From Lytechinus pictus (taxonomy: Eukaryota): a DNA stretch of 64,000 nucleotides. A model generated the notes under the pieces. The model had not been told where the DNA came from and ran no database searches. It saw only the letters and a program-made list of their open reading frames with translations. Of this stretch, positions 1 to 13,100 are shown in pieces. The stretch lies in contig NC_087256.1 in NCBI RefSeq assembly GCF_037042905.1, positions 6,138,001-6,202,000 of the forward strand. Direction: 5' to 3'. The first letter of the stretch is position 1. Each line of letters starts with the position of its first letter. Made by a program: the position numbers and the translations under genes.

Positions 1-1445
1 TAATGTATTATGTAATATGTATGAAATTAAAACCACAACCAATGGCACACCTTAGTTTCTTGTGCTTGTGTGAATTGTGAGTGTAATATTCGAAAATTAT
101 GCAAATGACTCAAGGCCTTGGCCGGCCCCACTCTGTGCCGTATCGAATGATTATTTTGGTGTGCGCACCTTTTGGATAGTGTTACTCTGAAGCCATGTGC
201 GAAGTTTCATGAAAAATGTTGACAGAAGTAACAAAAACCGCCCATGAAACAAACCCTGTATTTTACTTTTGTTAAATTTTGACTTCCTCTCTCATAGACA
301 CTGTGTACACTATGGGTGTATATGTTTAAAAATAAGTAACCCCTTATTCAATATGGTGGAACTTTTTTTCAAGGCTGACTTAATTGCTGTTGTTTTTATC
401 ATCCAATATTTTTATCACCACATACTTTCCGAACTTCTTACATTTTCATGGTTGAGCGAGCACATTCGAGAACTTGGGAAGAACACTCTTTATACTGCAT
501 AAATGTATTCTTTTCCTAACAATTTCTCAGGATCAGTTGAATTTATGGATAAATCAGTGGTGGATCCAGCATTTTAAAATGGGGGCCGATTAATTGGGGG
601 AGCCACCAACATTTTCAAATTTTAACATGTTTTAACAAGTTGTAGAGGATATACCATAAACCCCTATGATGATACGTCACAAAAAATTGTGCTCACTCAA
701 CCATAAACATACGTTATCAAAATTGTGTGTGTATTGGCTAAATGATGTATAGTAAAACAGCATTAACACCATAAAATTCACATAAAACAATCTTTGCCCA
801 ACTTTGTATTTACACAATTTGAAAAACGACTGTTGTGACTTTCAAAAATTGTTATTTTTTAATTCAATCTTTGATTACTCATGCATGACCCAACTGATAT
901 ATCTCATTTTTCACCAGGAGTTGCTTAATGACTATAGAAAACCACCTACGAAATATCATATTTCAAAATTATTCCGTCCAAAAGTTACAGCAATTTGATT
1001 TATGGGGGAATTACTTTTTTTGTTGTGTATAGATCTAAGCCTAAGGCCAATATAAGGATACCGGCAATTTGAAGGCGCTGATTTATTCATGGCAACGCGA
1101 ACGACCATAATTTTGGCGCACGGAATCTCCCCCATGCGGAAATAATGAGATAGGCGATCCGCACTTCCTGTGCGGACTAACTCCGTTTGAAACCCTCTTC
1201 TTGAACATGTTGAAGTGGGTTGAGTACTCCGCTTTGAATCTGGATCGAAATAATCATAGAATGTTCATACTGCCCTCCAAAGTGGAGAAACTCTTTCTGG
1301 ACTCCGGATTAACTCCACTTCGGCTGTCAGTATGAAAGGGTCTTTCGATTTTTTTTTCTGATTTTGCTTTGAAAGGTTACCAAAGATGCACAAAAAATGA
1401 AAGTCAAGATACTCTGTGCAAGAGATTGGTAGAAAATAAACTAGA

Positions 1446-1887
1446 ATGCTTTTCACACTGCACTTTTTGTCATAAATTGGTGGGGCTAAGGGGGGTCTTA
1501 GCCCACTTCGTTTTCACCCTACGTTTTAGCAAAGTGGGCTAGCACGGTAAATTGTACGGTACTATCTGCAAAAAAGCAGGGTTAGCCGGCATATTGCGGT
1601 GCTAGCACCACAATTGCGGTGCTAAGAGATGCAGTGTGAATCGAAACCGGGCTAAGGAAAAGTGGGGCTAAGCATTAGCCAATCACAGAAGTCGAAATTG
1701 CACGTTAATCGCGCTCTGTATGGTAAAATCATCAATATTAATGAGCTGTGTGATTGCCCGGGGTTAAGGCGTTAACCCCGGCTAAGCAAATAGTATGGGG
1801 TTAAGAAAGACAGTGTGAATCGAAAAAAAAAAGATAGTATGGGGTTAAGGATAGTATGGGGTTAAGGAAATGCAATGTGAAAAGCAT
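1446..1887. mobile_element. MITE with TIR atgcttttcacactgca…tgcaatgtgaaaagcat (PIF/Harbinger-like)
   Basis: 17-bp imperfect TIR; internal gggctaag/ggggttaag repeats. Confidence 0.7.
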
Positions 1888-2823
1888 ATAAGATTCTGTT
1901 ATCAACACGAAACTCATTGAGTAGATTAGATTTCAGAAAATGATTTGTAAAGATTGCGAAACTTAAAAACCTCTTATCAAATCGGATTTTGTATGGGTTA
2001 AATTTGTCTGTAATTCCGGGATTTAAACAGAAAGAAAGATGAACGGCCGAACGCACGTATCTATCACCCTGGTCACCCCAAAATGAGATCAAAATCCGGT
2101 CAAAATCAGATTAAGTGAATTAGAAACTTTCAGTATCTAGAAGAGACATTCTTCGGCTGATTGATTTAAACTTAAACCATTTCTGCTTTTGGGGGATGGG
2201 CTAAATATGACGTAAAGAAAATTTATCATCTTGAAATCAGGGCAATCACCCCCAATGAAAATATCAGGGGCAAACATATTGATTTGTCCCCTCCCTACCA
2301 AAAATTTCACAACTAGAACAAAAAATTCATAGTATGCAATGCAAATGTTTTTTTAAGCTTTGAAAAGCATTGAACTTGGCATATAACATGCTAATTATAT
2401 TATACATCCATTTTCTGTGCGCTAATTCTGGATCATAACTTGACGATTTTTTTTTACATTTAAAAGAAGTAATTTTGCACCCTTCTCTAAAGCTTGGATC
2501 GACACCCCAGAACACCAACACTTGTTGAAATAACATCGTGAATTTACCATTGGTGTAAACTACTTGGTGCGTTCCTATGACATGTCTGAGATCGACTGGT
2601 GTTACTTAGTTTTAACACAAATGTAATGTAAATTGCAGTGTTCATTTTTTATATTTGATTTACATGTAATTTAACCACTGAGCTGTATAGTAGGCCTATA
2701 CAGATTAGTGAGTCTAACCCTTGTGCGGACTTCAAGACCGTTAGACCATGTAGACCGAAAATCTTGGTCCTATTCACTTTTACGTGAACATGGTGAAAGC
2801 AAAGCCCCTTGTAACTCCATAGA

Positions 2824-3069
2824 ATAGAGTTCCGAAGCGATGACGTCAGTTGCCATGGTGTCACGGCGGCATGGTTCTAAACAAATGAACCCGGAACATG
2901 CGGAAAGCGTGTGTTTCTCATACTAGAAAATGGCTGCTATCGGAATGTTTGCTTGCAGCCTATTTTTCAGACGAGCCGAAATGTGTACAGACGATCGTCC
3001 GGTGCGACTCTGTTTAGAACCAGCCCGCCTAGACACCATGGCAACTGACGTCACACTTTGGTACTATAT
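2824..3069. mobile_element. Foldback MITE (tgacgtcagttgccatggtgtc…gacaccatggcaactgacgtca)
   Basis: Long imperfect inverted repeats at both ends. Confidence 0.75.
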
Positions 3070-3980
3070 GAGACTACAATAGAGCTAAGAAAACTCCCAC
3101 ACCCTATGTTTTTTTATCATATATATACTGTTTAGGACATGTATTTACTGTCTTCTTTCAAATCAAATATACCATAACAATATAAGTCTCATACGCAAAT
3201 TAGACAATAACTGAAACAAGTATTATCACATTATTATACACTGGTACAAACGATCATCGAGAAAAGAAAGTATATATAATGATAATGAAGAACATGTAAC
3301 TTGCCTCTAATACAGATTAAAATTCATAAGAATCTGAAATGATATGAGAGAAAAGCAAGATAAAAAAACCAGGTGGAGTACGTGAGTCCACCATCCCCAT
3401 GCACGAACCCAACCCTCGATCCCCTAGGCCTGTAAATCAAACTTGCTTCTTTTTTTATTCCTTTTTGAAAAAAAAATATCATAGCTTCCTCATATATAAA
3501 TGAATTAATTCAAATGACATAATGGATAATCAGTTCATCAATCATTTTACTTGATTCTACCACCGTAGAAATATACAAGACTGGCAAAAAATAAACAACG
3601 AATCATTTTTTTAACCCTGAAACATAATTATTCATAATCTGAATGAAAGTATATAAAACATAATCTTGACAGTATAATGTTAGATTATACAAAATATAAA
3701 AATACACATTTTTTATTTGCTCTGTTGTTTCGATGATAAACCTACATAATACAGTATATGGTTACGATTATAGATTGTCAAGACTTAAGCGGCTTCTTAA
3801 AATTTTAAGTCCTTTTTCTATGCACGCAGAGATTTTATAACGGATTAACCACCTTCACCATGATGACCATCGCAGACTTTGACAGAAGAAGTAGATGAGT
3901 GCACAAGATCACTGAAGTGGGCAATTCGTTAGATAAACTCTCCTTTGAATCCCTTGTTGTTCGGACAGTAGGTGACACCG

Positions 3981-4144
3981 ATGGCGAAGGTCCGTGTTAT
4001 CTTCTACCTCACGGTGGGAATCTTGTGCGGTTTCGTGAAGTCTGCTTACGTCCCAGAAAAAGCGATTACCAATGACGATGTCCACCATGATCCTATCATC
4101 AGGTCCAAAAAGGAAGGAGCAACCATCGTTGGAAAGGGGGAAGG
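3981..4144 (+). CDS. HPSE: Heparanase-like exon 1 (signal peptide MAKVRVIFYLTVGILCGFVKSA plus extension)
   Basis: ATG in ccgATGg context, basic-hydrophobic-small signal pattern, and a GTAAGT donor in phase 2 that matches exon 2. Confidence 0.8.
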
Positions 4145-7100
4145 GTAAGTGTGTGTATCAAACCAGAAACACGCAGATCTTGTACTGTTTCTGGCAAAGT
4201 CACTCACTAATCTTTATTGCTGTATATATTCTAATATTGCAGCGCACAAATGGAAAAAAAGAAAAGAAAAGGGCGGTAAAACAAATCCAAGGCCAATATG
4301 AGACGGACATCGAGGCTAGTGATCATCCTAGTACATGAACTTTGTGGCCTTGCTCTTGGATTAATTTGATATGGTGGCTCACGTATGTTCACGGCCTCAA
4401 CTCAGTGGAGCGCGCCATTGAAAGGCCTTTTCGCCTAGCAATATTGTTAGCGACGTTTGTTAGCATCACTTTGCTCACTCTCCAAAATGCCTGCGACATT
4501 AAAATTCTAAAAACAATGGATTTGTTCAATTTTAGTGAGGCTATGAATGTTTATCATTTATATTGACTATCAGTGTACCAACATATACCGAATTTACAAG
4601 CAAGTGTGGGTAAGACTTTGAATTATCAGTCATTTCGATGCAATCCCAAAATTGATGAAAATATAACAGAAATTTGATATAGCATTGCAAAATCCTTATT
4701 TTCATATCCCCTTAATTTTTAATCATTTGCAAAAGCATCTTAGTACGTTTCCTAGAATTTTTCACAACTGATAACGGTGGTGGCTTATTGATTCTAGTTT
4801 TATTTAAGAAATGGCAGGCATTTGAAATCAGGTAAATTGTTGTTATATTTTTAAAAGAAAATCGTTAGATTCGAACAACTTACTAATAGTTCTCCAAAAG
4901 AAGGGTTATATTCAATTATCTGTGTGTAAATGATACATGACGACAAATTTTACGAGTATATCATTGCATGTTGGATAACCTTTTCCACGATGAGTTTCGT
5001 AATTGAGAGAAAAATCAAGTTCATTCCTAGCACGCGAGCCGCAGAATGATAAATTTTAGTGTGCGCACACGGGCTGATCGCCGTGTCTGCGGGGACGGAT
5101 ATCTAGTCCCATACTGGTGTAAGGTGGTATTTTCCACGTACCTTTTCCCCTTGTAATGACCACTTCGCACTTTAATACTTAATTTTGACACTTAATCTGT
5201 TAAATTAATGGTTTAACGATTTTGGAAAATGTTCGGAATATACCTAACACATAAATGATTTCATTTTCTAGAATTATTAGTTCTTTCCTGAATTACCAAA
5301 AGGCAAATTTAGGTCAAGATTGCATATACTCACATTGACTGTTTAGCATAGCGCATATCCATTACAATTTATATTATGTGTGTCTATATTAGATAAATTG
5401 TCCTGATGTAAATATATGTTATAGAATCATATTGGATACAAAAATCATGACGGGTGTCATGGTCTGAGTTTTCTTTGTGTATAACAAACAAAATACTGCA
5501 TGATTCCAATTTTATTTGAACATGTCATCGTATGCTACGGCAATTTCAATCAGTTTATAATTTTCTTTTGCTTAGTCAGCGTTTATTTTTCAATGTGCAG
5601 AATTGGTTCGCAAGCGGTTTTTACACCAAAGAGCTTGCCAAAGAGCTCATTCCTGGCACTTCGACTAAAGATGGATATGATTATTTTGTTTCTCATGGTT
5701 ATCCATTTTTAAAAACAATATTTATTTACTGCAGCCAACGAGTTCCTGACACAATTTATTTTTTGACTAAAAACTACATTATGAATGTCCCCCGAGCGGT
5801 CTTAAAATAAAAAAGAAATACCCTTTTTCGCAAATGAATCATAGTTGTAGCTGTAAAATTACTTTGTCTTAATTCCTTTCCTCTTAATTTAATATTTTAG
5901 TATTTCATTTACATAACCTAAATGAAGGAGGATTCGGAACGATTATTGTTTGATGATTATGGGTGTGAAAGGACCCCTCCCCAAAAATAATAATGAGTAA
6001 GAATAAATAAATAAATGAATAAATAGATTAAATTAAATTAAATTAAAATAAAAGTCAGTAATCTTTAACAGGATAGTTCGAAAGCTTATTTTCAGTGGGG
6101 TCCTCAACACGTATAGAATTGTAATTATAAAAGGTAAAATCTGTTTACACTATAAATATGAATATGAACTACTATTAAAAATAAATAAGATCTTGAGATG
6201 GTATGTACAAGAAATATATAAAAAAGAGAACGAAGAAGAAAGTTGAAGGTATAATGTTGTCTCAAGCGGATCGGGAGAAGGGGGTGCTCCTTTCCCTCTC
6301 TTTTCCAATACACCGGGTGAGTTATGTATATCTCAATATTGATTTTATAACAAACTACTTAAAATCCCCATTTCATGACAGATTATAAAAAAATTCGGCT
6401 TACGATTTGTGCTCGCATTGATTGTTGAAAATATATTAAATCGTGCATCATAATTACAAAAGTGCTTTAAATGTCCATTTTTCAAGCCATAATATTAACA
6501 GATTACGCGCTCTCATTAGGCTTATTAGACTAATAAATAAGATATTAATTTAGTAATCACTATGTCCTTGTTTTCAGAATGGAATATCGACAAGTTCTAT
6601 TTCGTGCTTAGGAAGAGAAAAAGACAGTCATCATTTTCATTTGATGACATAATGTTCTTAGGATGTCCCGGTCCTAGGTCAAAACTCAAAGGAATAATAT
6701 TGAAACATATCGGCTTTTTTAAAACTGTGATCCAAATCCACCTCACAATTGTCCTACAAAGTGCTTGAAATACAGAGATTAAATTGTCCCTTTTTCAGAT
6801 CGGAATATCAAATACTTTAAGCTCGCGCTTTTTGCGCTCGCTTTATTGATTTTCATGATGTAAAAGGTATTTAGAATGCCCAGATTCTAGGTCGCGCATG
6901 TTTATTCAGATACGCAGCTTGTTCACTATTTAAATCATCCAAATATCAAACATTTTGTGCTCGCATTATAAGATTTCCAATTATCATTTTCATGATTTAC
7001 ACAAAATGATCAGAGTGTCCCATTTTTGGGTGTAAATCTCGATTTTTTTTTCCGCACGCGCTTCGCGCTCGCATCAATTGTTTAGTCATTTATTTATTTT

Positions 7101-10100
7101 TATCACGATTACAAAAAGTGCTTAGAATTTCCGTACTTCGTCTAGAAATGTCAAAATTTTCAGCCCACGCTTTTCGCTCGCATTATTTGATTGTTGAAAA
7201 ATGTAAGGTAGTTGCGGTAGATACACATCTGTCTTAGGATCACAAACATTGCCCAGAATATTTAGATTTTAGGACAAAATACTTTGCACTCGCACTAATC
7301 AAAATAAGGCTTATGAGATTATTATATATTTATGTTGATTTATAAGAATAAAGCTTAGACTATTATAATAAAAGACTACCCCTTCAAAGATACAAACAAA
7401 AATCAACTTCGAGTGGCCGATCGGGAAAATGTGGCTAAAAACATTCGGCTCCCCCCCCCCCCCCATATTGGCAAAGGCTGGATCCGCCCCTGTCTACTGA
7501 TAGCTCTTGAAGGGGGGGGGTGAGTTACCCTTGAATATTATTGTTGAATATTCAGCTCAATATATTGCTTTGACCCCCATCCCTTCACACACGTTTTGTA
7601 TATCCCCGTCTACTAACAGCTCTGGGGGGGACCATTTTTTTTTAACTCAACATAATTATTGCTCTCACATCCCCCCCCCCCCGATCAGATGAATTACGCC
7701 ACTTGACGTGCGTGATTTCAATTGCAATATAGCCCCAAGATCCACTGACTATTTATTTAGCTTACACATTAAAAAAAACTGGAGAGTTGTCAAACTCAAC
7801 ACAAATATACAATAAAATAACAACAAAATAACATATTATAGAAAGAAAGTATTAAAAAAATTGAGAACTTAGTACAATAAAGATAATAAAATGTTGAAAT
7901 TTTTTACCCCCGTCTCCCACACTCGATCTATTACGTATTAGACAATGATATGAAATTATGCTGATCTGCCTTTATTTGCGCACGATATTCTTAACTAAAG
8001 TCATGATATGACCATTGATATAATGGATTATAAATTTTCATAGTTTGATCACACCATATCCACTTTAAATCCCTGGAAATTCCAGCAACAATACATGTTG
8101 TCATGGTACGACACACATTTTCTTTATTGAAAAGTATCACGACACCAACGTTGAAACTGTGCAAAGGCCTTTAATGGCGAACTCCACTGGGTTGATACAT
8201 AGCCTATGGGTGATGAACATACGTGGGCTCTGAATTACGGTCGATCACACATTATGACACACGACTTCAGTCGTGAAATTCGTGACTTTCGCTGCAAACT
8301 TTGCAACAAAAATCGCGAACTTCGCGACAAACAATTGCAAGCGTTGCAACGAAAATCGCTAACTTTAGAACTGAAATTGCAAAATTTGCAACGAAAATAG
8401 CTAACTTCACGACGACTAGAGTCGTGTGTGATTGACCGTACTTCAAAACTACCATACTTGTAATAATAGTGGCTATTGTCATGCATATTACATAATGAAC
8501 TTGTAGTAAAGGTTAAATGTAAATTTGTAATACATGTTTGTTTTTTGTTTTTAGCATTGTCAAGGATATGTCTAAATGAATTCGACTTGAGAAAACGGTA
8601 GCCAAAAATGAAATGTTAAATCAACATTTGAAAAGTTGGAGGAGTGACAATCATTCCAAAAGGTTATATCCAACTTTGCACAAAACTGAATCCAACATTA
8701 TACATATTTGGTCAAACCATTTAAAAGTGGTAAATGCAACATTTAGAAGAGGGTTATCACTATTCACTTTATACTCCAACCTTTCAAATGTTGATTTAAC
8801 ATCATTTTTTTGTGTGAGATTACTGTACTACTAGAAATGGTGGCTTTACTTGGGGTGGTTTCAATGAAGAACCCAAACACGTCCAATGGATTGTGTGATG
8901 AGCCAGGTACATTGGTATGTGGTATATGTTTTTAGGTCAAATAAGCCAGTTCGAAGTTCCACTCTGCGCATGATCAGAGGAAGGTCATTGGTACTCGAGC
9001 GACATGGTGGTTTAAAATCTAATGAGATAAGCACCAACTTTGATGTCTTGATTATTCATATATTCTTTTGTTTTTTGTGTTTCATTTACATCCACAACAA
9101 ATGCGGCGTCCACGAACGACTAGTATTTCATAGTTTGCAAAGTGCATTGTACAACATGCTATAATATGCATTCAAAGTAGAAATGCAACAAACACCTTCA
9201 TAGAATGTTCACTGGTGTGCTATTCTAGTCACCTGGTCTATTCAATTTCTTCATCCTGCTATTTAATGCATGCTTACGTAATATCTTGCTTTTAAATCTG
9301 CCTATCATAATGAACTAAATGAAAGTTATTTTTACCAAAATTGTCCATGAAGTAACTACGAACTGGTCTATTACCTTAAAAACAGTACCCGAACCGAATT
9401 GGTACATAGCTAGCCTACGACATACCCCCCCCCCAAAAAAAAATGGGGGGGGGGGGTTCCGTCCAAATTAAGGATGATTTCAGTCTGGAAAATTTGACAA
9501 GCAAAAGAAAGTTTTTATTACAAAGCGAAGCTGATTTTTAGTTAAATTTGTACTTTTTAGCATATCTACCTGATTTCTAGTGGTGTGCATATGGCCAATA
9601 ACATACGCAGCACCTCCCGCAGGTAAATCTTGGGGGTGCACCCCCTTTTCCCAGGGCCATGAGCACAGGTGAGGCAGAAGGGACTCTCTTGTCCTTAATT
9701 TCCTCTTGTGGAATAGAATATCTCTTGACAATACNNNNNNNNNNNNNNNNNNNNNNNNNNNNNNNNNNNNNNNNNNNNNNNNNNNNNNNNNNNNNNNNNN
9801 NNNNNNNNNNNNNNNNNNNNNNNNNNNNNNNNNNNNNNNNNNNNNNNNNNNNNNNNNNNNNNNNNNNNNNNNNNNNNNNNGAATGTGATGCTGAAGGACC
9901 AATGCCGGTATATTGATAGACAAGTTTACTTACTGATTTATACAAATTATGGGCATTCTTATTTAAACAAATACTGTTCTTGGAATCCCGCTGAAAGCTT
10001 GCAGGAGGCTTGTATGACATAGCAACAAATGATGTATGGAAACTGCAGTATTGTAATTTGTTTACTATAAACACGACAAAACAGGTCTCTAAGAAAAACG

Positions 10101-13100
10101 TCCATCATTGCTGCATGTGCCCTTGTATAACATTTAATAAGAAGCTAGAATTCACCCCATTCGCATCTGCCATATCATTATAACAATACATCGATGTGCT
10201 CAGCAAAAAAACGTTCACCATGCTATACCTAAATCTTTATTTCCTATATCTAATCCATTTATATTGTTTTATGTATATGACAATAATGGCTATTAGTTTG
10301 AATTATTTCGCTCATGGCATCCGTGCACTTTCCTCTACAAGCTCTCTACAGACAAGTGTTGGTTGACTACTGTACCTTCCCTCTCTTTTCCAATATAAGC
10401 ATTATTCTTTTTTTTTTCATATGAATTTTCGGTGAGCCTATATTGGTCAGCTGCTATTTACCAAAAGGGTGAGCTTGAATTTCATTTTTTGTATAAACAC
10501 AAATATATACCATGTTTTACATTGTTTTTACAGGTTGAAATATAATAAAAACAAACAAATAAATCAATTAGAAATGAAATAACGACACAATATTTCTTGT
10601 AAATTCTTCTCCCTTTTCTATTGCCTAAATTAAACAGTTTACCAATCCATTCAAAGTCGACGTCATACTTTCTTGTATCTATCGATTCTAATGAAGCGAT
10701 ACACGTTGTTGATCGTCGATTTCTTTCTGTTGGTCTCAGCGCGAAAGCAGTGGCTGTGAGAAGCATGAATGCATCTCGGGGATACGATCCAAAGTAAGTG
10801 TAAATCATATTATGTTAGGACATATGAAAGAATTGACCTCACAATTAATAATTGGAATATTTTTAATTGCCGGAGATGAAAGTCTAGGATATATGTAACG
10901 AAATATATTGCCATTTTATACCGATTTTATTTTTGTATATTGTAAACCCCGACTAGTGAGGAGAGCTTCAAAACAGAAACTAGTTTTTCTTTTAGTCATC
11001 CTCAGGCACTAGTCGGTGGTAATTTCTTCCTCTTGTTTATATTCTTGTTGTCTTTTGCCTGGAAACAAAATAAATAAAATAAATGAAGTTCGTGAAAGCA
11101 TTTATATGTACATCGTCATGAATATTCATCAGGTGGGATGATGACATATTCCCACTTCCCCCTTTCCTTATGTTACTACATGAAGCTATAATCATTTCAT
11201 ATTTTCTTACATGTGTGCATGATATGACTTCCTTGTAAGACAATACATATCAGCAATGAACTGATGAATATCGTATGCATTACATCAATTGTCAGTCCAT
11301 TTTGTTCACTCTTGGTGGACAAAATCTGAAGAATATAATATCGTATGACAAAATACAAACAGATAAGTGGGGATATGACATCATCATCTTGCTCATAATA
11401 TATTCATAAAGACATGCACAGAACTGTTTCACCGAAATAATGCAAAGCTTTAAACTACCATAACTTTGTTATTCCTTGTCCGAGTTTAATGAAATTTTCA
11501 GTATTTTGTTTGTCTGATTTTACTTGGTCGATTTAAATCACACATTTACAAGCCTATAGTACTTCTTTAAGGCCCCTCTTTGTGGATTTCCATGAAAAAT
11601 CTCTCGTTGTTAATCACGAACCCTTTGATGTATATCAAATCAGTACATTCTCATCAATGTCGGTAAATAGGGCTCACGTTCGCATTGCGAAACCACGGGT
11701 AACTTTATACGACAAAATGGTACTGATTTTACTTCAAAATCAGACTTTAACCCCTTTTACATTTTGAAAAAAAAAGCTTGACTTTTTTTATTCATTTTCA
11801 TCGTAACAGCTCGGTCATCCTCCAAACATTGTTACGTGGCCTTGCTCCTTCTATTTTACGTGTCGGAGGAAGGGCGGGAGACGAGGTAATATTTGCTCTG
11901 AATGGTTCTTCCAATTCCATTCCTCATCCCTGGATAAATATAAATCATTTTCTGACAGGTAAGCTCCCGTGATCGCAGCCCATGAATTTATCTTCCCATT
12001 TAAATTTGTTTTGGAGACACATTTTTGTACTTCTTTCGCTCCCTGACAATTGTCCGGCCACTTAAAATCCACTTTTATTATCCACATATCCGGCTCTCCA
12101 GAAGGGTTCCGTGACAATTGCTCCGCCGCAAATTCCACACATTATTCGAATGACCAGTCTTTACCCTGGGTTTAACACTATACCCTATCCTAAACCTAAC
12201 CCTATACCTTAGATGAAATTGAAGGGATGCTCCGGGCTGAGAATATTTATATCTAGATAAAAAGAGTAAAATTCACAGAGCAAAATGCTGAAAATTTCAT
12301 CAAAATCGGATAACAAATTACGAAGTTATTGAATTTTAAAGTTTAGCAGTATTTTGTGAAAACAGTTATATGCACGTCGTCATGAATATTCATTAGGTTG
12401 GCCGACGATGTAACATCCCACATTCCTTTTTCTTATTTTTACATGAAATCACAATTTTTTGTCATCTTTTCATACAAGTGTAAATGATGTGTCTCCATTA
12501 TGATGAAATAAGTTGCAGCAATAAATAACTGATGCACTTAATCAGTTGTTAATCCAATTGTTTTAGTTTTTGGGAAAAAAATCGAATACACCGAATTTCA
12601 TATGATACAATACAAAAGAACAAGTGGGATTGACATCATCAGCCCACCTAATGAATATTCATAAAGACATGCCTAGAACTGTTTCACCGGAATAATGCAA
12701 ATCTTTAACATTCAATAACTTTGTTATTTGTTATCCGATTTTAATGAAATTTTCAGCATTTTGCTCTGCGACATTTTCCTCTATTTATTGAAGTATAAAT
12801 ATCTTCAGCCTGGAGCATCCCTTTAAGCCCGTAGCAAATGTCGTTTCACCTCCAGAAGAAGCGCGAATTTGAATTTGGTAGGCCTTTCGCAGAAGGGATT
12901 TTTCGAGAAAAAAATACCGTCACACTGCAAAACTCTGCGATGTCAACCGGTGTACACGAAGGACCACACCGGACACTTTACTCAACTGTTAAACTGTTAG
13001 TGTCAGTTCAACACCTATGGGTGTTATTGTAACACGCTGTAACGTTTACACTCTGGTGTTATGTTCAATCCTGAGGGGGTAAATTGAACACATTGGGATG

